Assembly: GCA_964627055.1 (NCBI GenBank)
Contig: CAZVGV010000002.1
Location: 19,802-83,801, forward strand
Source of the DNA: an uncultured Gammaproteobacteria bacterium
GTDB taxonomy: Bacteria > Patescibacteriota > Patescibacteriia > Magasanikbacterales > JBBTQS01
Length of the DNA: 64,000 bases
Direction of reading: 5' to 3'
In this document: piece after piece, positions 58,868 to 64,000 of the stretch
Numbering within the stretch: position 1 is the first letter of the stretch
How the letters are laid out: every line of letters starts with the position of its first letter
Notes under the pieces: generated by a model
Told to the model about the DNA's origin: nothing
Seen by the model: only the letters and a program-made list of their open reading frames with translations
The model's database searches: none
Made by a program: the position numbers and the translations under genes

Positions 58868-59027
58868 GGCTCTCTCCTGCCCCGTACGTGGGGCTAACGT
58901 GGTGGTGGCCGGCGATACATCGCGCGGCCGGGATAGACACTTCAATTGATGCTGCTCGCGAACGCGAGACAGCAAGGAACAGGAACCGTGCGATCCTATG
59001 GCACCAAGCCACAGAACCGAACCCGGC

Positions 59028-59056
59028 AGACTAGCACGCCGGGATGATTTTGTCAA
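59028..59056 (-). promoter_or_regulatory. Consensus sigma70-type promoter (TTGACA-N17-TAGTCT) for the 58052..58867 gene
   Basis: The minus strand reads CTTGACAaaatcatcccggcgtgcTAGTCT. The predicted leader is about 150 nt and ends in the hairpin GCCCCacgtacGGGGC next to AGGAGAG and the ATG. Confidence 0.5.
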
Positions 59057-59068
59057 GATCTACGGGTT

Positions 59069-59680
59069 TTATGCTCGATTTTTCTTCTGAAATAGGACAA
59101 AAATGGATGCGAGAATCGCACCGAAGAGGAAACCGATAAGGCCATTCATTGGGATATTTGGACGCACCGGGAACCGCGAGGCAATAGGTTCATCCGCGAT
59201 TTTGAACGTTGCTTGAGCTCCTACATATTCAATGCCGTGCTCCATGACGGTCTTGTTGACACCACTTGCGAGAATGATGGCCTGTGCCGGGTCTGTGCTA
59301 TACGCGGTAATGCGAAGGAGTCCAGTGCCTGGTGTTACATCGGCCTCAACATGCTTCTTCCAATACTTGCGGCGCAGACGCTCTTCTGTTGGGAACACGG
59401 TCTTGTCGATACGTGGCTCTGCTTCGAGCACACGGTCGAGGAACTCACTCGTCCCGATCGCAAGGGCGAGGTTCTCACCGACACGCTCCGAAGATTTGAT
59501 CACGGTATATGGATCAACACCGAATCCCTGACGAGGAATCACAAAGACTCCAGCTACTGCTGAGTACTTCAATGGGAAAAAGAAACTCACAACCACTGCG
59601 AGAAGGAGTCCCAGGAATGCAATATTGAGAATGAATCGTGAACGAGAAACAAGGATGAGAAGGTACGAAGGATGATGCAT
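59069..59680 (-). CDS. Wzz/polysaccharide co-polymerase (chain-length determinant)-like protein, short form
   Basis: An N-terminal TM region (NIAFLGLLLAVVVSFFF), a periplasmic domain and a C-terminal TM helix with GLIGFLFGAILASIFVLF. This is the YveK/CapA/Wzz family layout. Confidence 0.65.
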   Translation of the reverse strand: MHHPSYLLILVSRSRFILNIAFLGLLLAVVVSFFFPLKYSAVAGVFVIPRQGFGVDPYTVIKSSERVGENLALAIGTSEFLDRVLEAEPRIDKTVFPTEERLRRKYWKKHVEADVTPGTGLLRITAYSTDPAQAIILASGVNKTVMEHGIEYVGAQATFKIADEPIASRFPVRPNIPMNGLIGFLFGAILASIFVLFQKKNRA

Positions 59681-59688
59681 ACAAGTGA

Positions 59689-60807
59689 TTATGGTGCTGA
59701 TACCATGGTCACATCGACCACGATATCCTTCCCAGCGCGTACAACCTGCATAGGCACGATCGCACCAGCGCGAGAAGAGAACACCAGATTGGCAAATGAT
59801 TGAGCACTCGTGACCGCAACTCCACCAACAGCAGTAACCACATCGCCTTCACGCAATGGGAATGTATCGCGTACCTTTGCGTTCACAGTGAGAATACGTG
59901 CGCCTTGTGTCAGTGCTGCGTCATCGAGAATCGTTGCCTGTGAAAGTTCTACATACGTTACAGGCAACTGTGGACGTACAATCTTGCCAGAAGCAAAGAG
60001 TTCGGGGAGTACTGGTGCGATAAGTGACGCCGGGATGAATCGCATTGCACGCGCTGTTGTATCCTTTGCGGTGACTACACCGAGGAGTTCACCTTGCGAA
60101 GAAATTACGGGGTGACCTGCTTCCACGCCTTCAATCGTCGGACTTGCAAGACCATATTCAGAATAGACCTTCGCATCATGCGTGATTGCATCACTCGCCG
60201 TGAGGCTGAGTCCATCGATCATCGTTGCACGCAATATGCCGTAGCTCGTAGGAACAGCCGAGACATCAGAAAGCGTCTTCATGTCCCCTCGTCCCAATGT
60301 CATCGGTGAGAGTACTGCATTCTTGAGTTTTGCAAATACGAGTGAGGTTGCCACATCTACAACAACCTTCTCTGCCGTAACCGCTCGACCGTCTACAAGA
60401 AAGACCACATCGGATGACTTGAGCACATCTTTGGTAGTGACAACCCAACCATCAGAAGTGAGCGCAGCAGCGTAACCTACGCGATCGCGTGCAACAAATA
60501 CCGTTGAAGTTACGCCCTTAATAGACCCGGTGGCGCGACTATTCATCACAGGAATAACAGAGCGTAGGATTCCGCGATCCATACGTGCTACGACCGTAGC
60601 TGCGTCTTGTGGCACGAAGACCGGAGTTGCACGCTCGATGATCTGCACGTTTACAGAACGATTACGAAGCAACCAGCCCGCACCAACACCAATACACAGC
60701 ACAACTAGAACAAGCAGAGTGAGGAACAGTGCACGCATGCGCCACGACGGGCGTACTACCGCGCCGTCAGCGTCACGTGTCGGAAGATGTGGAGGATGCA
60801 CTGCCAT
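59689..60807 (-). CDS. HtrA/DegP-like trypsin-fold + PDZ protein with a degenerate catalytic triad (probable pseudo-protease)
   Basis: An N-terminal TM region is followed by a trypsin-like core and a C-terminal PDZ domain (ILTVNAKVRDTFPLREGDVVTAVGGVAV). At the expected triad positions the sequence reads TTKDVL instead of the HtrA TNNHVV block, has no conserved Asp, and has EAGHPVIS instead of the HtrA GNSGGPL block. Confidence 0.55.
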   Translation of the reverse strand: MAVHPPHLPTRDADGAVVRPSWRMRALFLTLLVLVVLCIGVGAGWLLRNRSVNVQIIERATPVFVPQDAATVVARMDRGILRSVIPVMNSRATGSIKGVTSTVFVARDRVGYAAALTSDGWVVTTKDVLKSSDVVFLVDGRAVTAEKVVVDVATSLVFAKLKNAVLSPMTLGRGDMKTLSDVSAVPTSYGILRATMIDGLSLTASDAITHDAKVYSEYGLASPTIEGVEAGHPVISSQGELLGVVTAKDTTARAMRFIPASLIAPVLPELFASGKIVRPQLPVTYVELSQATILDDAALTQGARILTVNAKVRDTFPLREGDVVTAVGGVAVTSAQSFANLVFSSRAGAIVPMQVVRAGKDIVVDVTMVSAP

Positions 60808-60822
60808 AGAAATCGTAAAAAG

Positions 60823-61605
60823 TTACCAACGGGCAACAAGGAATAACACCAACGTTACAGCCAAACCAATACACGCTGCTACCAGCCATGTACGACGCGT
60901 TTCGCGCGGCAAATCGCCGGTTTCTTGCAGTACAAGATGGGTCGTAACCAGGTAGAGTATTGCTGCAAAGATCGCAGATAATGTATACCCAATTGGCAAC
61001 AAAAGCAATGACCATACCAGTTCTACCATCGCCACTGTGGTCATCATAGTAACAAGCCATCGCACATGCGCTCGCTGCTCCACGAGGCGCAGAAATGGAT
61101 ACAACATGGTTACGACAGCAGCCATGACTGCACCAATTGCCCACCAAATAGACTCGTGAATTGTAACAACAACTCCCAATCCAACCGCAGTGGTCATATA
61201 TACAGCACATGCCTGGACAACACGTGCGGTCAGTAGCAGCACCACCCGTGAACGCTGGCCAGGTACCTCTACGAATCGAACTGCATGATACTGGTTGATC
61301 AAAAGTAGTATCACGGACATGCACACTACAATCACCTGCACCCAAGCAGTATCAGTCAGTAGGATCAACCCAATCGCACCTGCGGTGATCCACAATGCTT
61401 GCGCAATCGTGATACTTCGAATAGGTGTGCCTCCTGCAGGGTATAATGCAAAGAACAACAGAAATACTTGTACTGCCAGCGTGGCAACAGCTGCAACGAA
61501 CCAGTACGCAATAGGAACCGCAGAAACACTCCACAATCCTGCCCCAATAAGGAGTGAGAGGAGGAGTGCATTCGTGAACGGAGTGTACATATGCGACTCG
61601 TACAA
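60823..61605 (-). CDS. Polytopic membrane protein (hypothetical, about 8 TM)
   Basis: A 260-aa strongly hydrophobic protein with no recognisable family motif. Confidence 0.4.
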   Translation of the reverse strand: MYESHMYTPFTNALLLSLLIGAGLWSVSAVPIAYWFVAAVATLAVQVFLLFFALYPAGGTPIRSITIAQALWITAGAIGLILLTDTAWVQVIVVCMSVILLLINQYHAVRFVEVPGQRSRVVLLLTARVVQACAVYMTTAVGLGVVVTIHESIWWAIGAVMAAVVTMLYPFLRLVEQRAHVRWLVTMMTTVAMVELVWSLLLLPIGYTLSAIFAAILYLVTTHLVLQETGDLPRETRRTWLVAACIGLAVTLVLFLVARW

Positions 61606-62685
61606 TTACGAACGCACAATCCTATACGCATCAACCGTTGATTCAGCTTCGGGAATCTCGTCATCTCCATCATTACCCGCTGCTATTTCCTTACTAATAA
61701 TGAGAATCGCGGTAGCAACTGGTACGGCAAGTAACGCCCCGATCACACCTGCAAGTTTTGCACCGATCAAAATTGCTACGATGCTGATGAGCGGATTGAG
61801 ACCCACAGCCTTCTGCATGATCTTCGGAACAATGAGATTATTCTCAAGCAACTGGATCACCCAGCAGAAGATCAATGTAACAAGCGCGATAAACGGCGAG
61901 ACTGTGAAGGCAAAAAATACTGCAGGGATGGCAGCAATGACAGGACCGACGTACGGAACCAGCTCAAGCAACCCCGCGATCAACGCAAGTACACCAGCAT
62001 ACGGCACGCCGATGCTTGCAAATCCGATATACGTGAGAACACCGATCACAAGACACAGTGTTAACTGTCCACGTACCCACTGCGCGAGCATCACACGCAC
62101 CTTCATGAGAATTCGATTCACAAATGGTTGGTACTGGTCAGGAACTACCGTACGCAATGCACGACGCATGTCATCGCGCTCCACCACCATATAGAATGAG
62201 AGCACCATCACAAAAAGGAATGTGAAAATACCACCGAAGAAGCCCGTGATCGTAGTGAAGACGGTGCCAAAACTTGCTTGCAACGAACTGCGTACGCTAT
62301 CAATACTCGACTGCAGCGCAGTACCCATTCCACCCTCCCCTGTCACATGACGAAATGCATCAATATTTCCTGCAACACTATCCCACTGCACTGCGAGATT
62401 CGTTACCAAATCACGCGCCTGTGCTGCAATAGCTGGAACAATCATGATACCAATAAGTACAAGTAACCCTACCAGTAATACGAAAACACCCAGAACGGCG
62501 ACAGATCGCGGAATGCGGTAGCGCTCACACCAGTCAGCAGCCGGATCAATGATCGCAGCAAAGACCAGCGCGAAGAACAACATGAACAAGATGTCGCTGA
62601 TCATGTACGCGAACCAGAGAACTGCGAGCGTGACGATGAGCTTCACGATCGACTTCGTACTTATAGTGATAGAATATTCGCGCAT
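61606..62685 (-). CDS. AI-2E family transporter (PerM/YhhT/UPF0118)
   Basis: About 8 TM helices with the typical UPF0118 pattern (VLWFAYMISDILFMLFFALVFAAII...) and an acidic C-terminal tail. Confidence 0.7.
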   Translation of the reverse strand: MREYSITISTKSIVKLIVTLAVLWFAYMISDILFMLFFALVFAAIIDPAADWCERYRIPRSVAVLGVFVLLVGLLVLIGIMIVPAIAAQARDLVTNLAVQWDSVAGNIDAFRHVTGEGGMGTALQSSIDSVRSSLQASFGTVFTTITGFFGGIFTFLFVMVLSFYMVVERDDMRRALRTVVPDQYQPFVNRILMKVRVMLAQWVRGQLTLCLVIGVLTYIGFASIGVPYAGVLALIAGLLELVPYVGPVIAAIPAVFFAFTVSPFIALVTLIFCWVIQLLENNLIVPKIMQKAVGLNPLISIVAILIGAKLAGVIGALLAVPVATAILIISKEIAAGNDGDDEIPEAESTVDAYRIVRS

Positions 62686-62743
62686 ATGATAGAGGCTAGA
62701 CTATCGTCAGTGTAGCGTATATAGTGAGCTTGCACAATTGTGT

Positions 62744-63193
62744 ATGCCTACACTTGCCACCAACCGAACCGCACGATTCAACTACGAGATCCTCGAAACC
62801 ATCGAGGCTGGTATTGTGTTATCTGGTGACGAAGTGAAATCCGTACGCGCAGGTGGCATGCGCCTCACCGAAAGCTTTGTAACATTTCGTGGCGAACGAG
62901 CCATGCTCACCAATGCACACATCAGTCGCTATGCGAAGAGCAACCCTGCGGTGAGCTATGATCCTGAGCACTCCCGTGAGCTCCTGTTACACAAGTCACA
63001 AATCCTGAATTTGTTGGGCAAAAAGACGCGCGATGGATTGACGATCGTGCCACTTTCTGTCTATACTGCGAAAGGTCGCATCAAGATCGAGATCGGTCTT
63101 GCACGTGGCAAGAAGACCATTGACAAACGAGACACTATCAAACGTCGTGAATCCGATCGTGAGGTCGCACGTGCCATGAAGGCACGTCGCTAA
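62744..63193 (+). CDS. smpB: SsrA-binding protein
   Basis: ARFNYEILETIEAGIVLSGDEVKSVR, TIVPLSVYTAKGRIKIEIGLARGKK and a basic C-terminal tail are present. Confidence 0.9.
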   Translation: MPTLATNRTARFNYEILETIEAGIVLSGDEVKSVRAGGMRLTESFVTFRGERAMLTNAHISRYAKSNPAVSYDPEHSRELLLHKSQILNLLGKKTRDGLTIVPLSVYTAKGRIKIEIGLARGKKTIDKRDTIKRRESDREVARAMKARR

Positions 63194-63213
63194 CTTCACG
63201 TTCATCAAACAAC

Positions 63214-63607
63214 GGGGATGCCCGGTTTCGATGGGAGGTTCATGGACGTGTCGTAGCATACCGAGCGGACGGACGCTCGTTAATCCCCGTCAAACAGTCT
63301 ACGTGCAAACGTATTCTCGCGCGTGAAGAATTCGATCGCTTCGGCGTTCGCAATGCCTTCATTCGCTCCGGTTGCAGCCTAATAGCTCCAGCCCATCGCC
63401 CTCACGATACCTCTAGTGAGTACGCGGTGTAATACCGAGGTGTACTGCATGACGTCGCACCGCGTCGTGTAGGACAATAACCGGTGCAACGTGTTGGCAG
63501 GCTTCGCACGCATGCTGCTGCCACCACGTATACTCATGCGTGCTCAGTATGGACACTCGATGCGGACATCCTTCCAGACGCGGGTTCGACTCCCGCCATC
63601 TCCACCA
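63214..63607 (+). ncRNA. ssrA: tmRNA (transfer-messenger RNA)
   Basis: The 5' end GGGGATGCCCGGTTTCGA is a tRNA-like acceptor and D-analog region. The 3' end GCGGGTTCGACTCCCGCCATCTCCACCA gives a T-arm, an acceptor strand pairing with the 5' GGGGATG, and CCA. An internal tag ORF ends ..FAPVAA followed by TAATAG. The gene sits immediately downstream of smpB. Confidence 0.85.
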
Positions 63608-63616
63608 CAAATATGA

Positions 63617-63651
63617 AGAGCCCTCGGTTCCTGTTGTGAACCGAGGGCTCT
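63617..63651 (+). terminator. Rho-independent terminator after ssrA
   Basis: An AGAGCCCTCGGTTC-ctgttgt-GAACCGAGGGCTCT stem is followed by GTCGTTCGTTG. Confidence 0.5.
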
Positions 63652-63674
63652 GTCGTTCGTTGTCGCACCAGCGG

Positions 63675-63989
63675 TCAGTGCAGAGACTGATAGCACGCCG
63701 CCAAATGCGCACTGATCTGCGCAGTCGTGCGTCCGGCGTACGCCAGCGCAAGCGCGTCCCCCAGGTACTTGCTCACCGGGTCGCTGTAGAACCTGCCCAG
63801 GTCATGCCCTCGCCCCTTGAGTGCGTGGTGCAGCTCATTGAGGAGTTCTTGTGTCAGCATTCGTAGGTAGTATGACCGTTGCTGGCGCAGCAGCTCACCC
63901 ACCTGCATAAACCCGAGCCTGCGCAGAGTGCCAGTGCACTCATCACTGAGCATCAGCACCTCGATCGGTTCGAACAGCGAATCCAGCAC
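63675..63989 (-). CDS. Hypothetical small protein (possible helix-hairpin-helix DNA-binding)
   Basis: A 104-aa ORF. LSDECTGTLRRLGFMQVGELL weakly resembles HhH/alpha-CTD-like motifs. Confidence 0.3.
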   Translation of the reverse strand: MLDSLFEPIEVLMLSDECTGTLRRLGFMQVGELLRQQRSYYLRMLTQELLNELHHALKGRGHDLGRFYSDPVSKYLGDALALAYAGRTTAQISAHLAACYQSLH

Positions 63990-64000
63990 CCCGGACTGGA

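Noticed and set aside
57980-58897. A plus-strand 305-aa ORF, with plus-strand ORFs at 58341..58949 and 56683..57576, overlapping the high-GC secreted-protein genes
   Set aside because: Same reasoning: GC-driven open antisense frames with Arg/Gly/Ala-rich, low-complexity translations.
54584-59068. A mobile element (IS, integron or phage) carrying the high-GC block
   Set aside because: No integrase, transposase or recombinase ORF, no terminal inverted repeats and no target-site duplication are visible. I kept it as a GC anomaly or possible HGT finding rather than calling it a mobile element.
63675-63989. An RNA polymerase alpha-subunit C-terminal domain, or a sigma fragment
   Set aside because: It shares only a short helix-hairpin-helix-like stretch, and a 104-aa stand-alone ORF does not fit rpoA, so I kept it as hypothetical.

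Overview
This 64-kb window looks like a compact bacterial chromosome segment of roughly 50% GC. Most genes are on the minus strand with very short intergenic spacers. The gene content suggests a Patescibacteria/CPR-like or similar small-genome organism: gatC-gatA beside a tRNA-Gln(CUG), many O-antigen-ligase+TPR paralogs, giant Ser/Thr-rich surface proteins, a type IV pilin with PilM, and a TraD-like ATPase. This lineage call is inference only.

Housekeeping genes I recognise are gatA, gatC, ligA, cysS, dnaX, murD, greA, smpB, lgt and trhO (yceA-like), and an ssrA (tmRNA) gene immediately follows smpB. The RNA genes are tRNA-Ser(GGA) on the minus strand, tRNA-Gln(CUG) on the plus strand, and the tmRNA.

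The accessory content is dominated by a cell-surface glycan and glycoprotein super-locus spanning about 30.8-59.7 kb. It contains two secreted Thr/Ser/Gly-rich proteins of over 1000 aa, glycosyltransferases, a UDP-glucuronate decarboxylase, four Wzy_C (O-antigen ligase/PglL-like) membrane proteins of which three are tandem TPR fusions, an ECF sigma/anti-sigma pair and a Wzz-like protein.

Inside that locus, between the fourth Wzy_C gene and the Wzz gene, sits a 4.4-kb block at about 68% GC. It encodes three secreted or envelope proteins, and each has its own consensus TTGACA-N17-TAnnnT promoter, a 150-175 nt leader, a GC hairpin abutting the Shine-Dalgarno sequence, and a terminator.

Other unusual loci are an ATP-grasp ligase fused to a complete half-ABC exporter (divergent from murD), a tandem-duplicated LOG-family protein, a dCMP-deaminase-like gene with two paralogous Nudix-like genes of discordant GC, an orphan TraD/VirD4-like ATPase, a catalytically degenerate HtrA-like PDZ protein, and a recurring TGnTATACT extended -10 motif placed 8-9 nt before the start codon (leaderless-type). 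No CRISPR array, integrase or transposase was seen. All calls rest on reading motifs and six-frame translations, without database searches.
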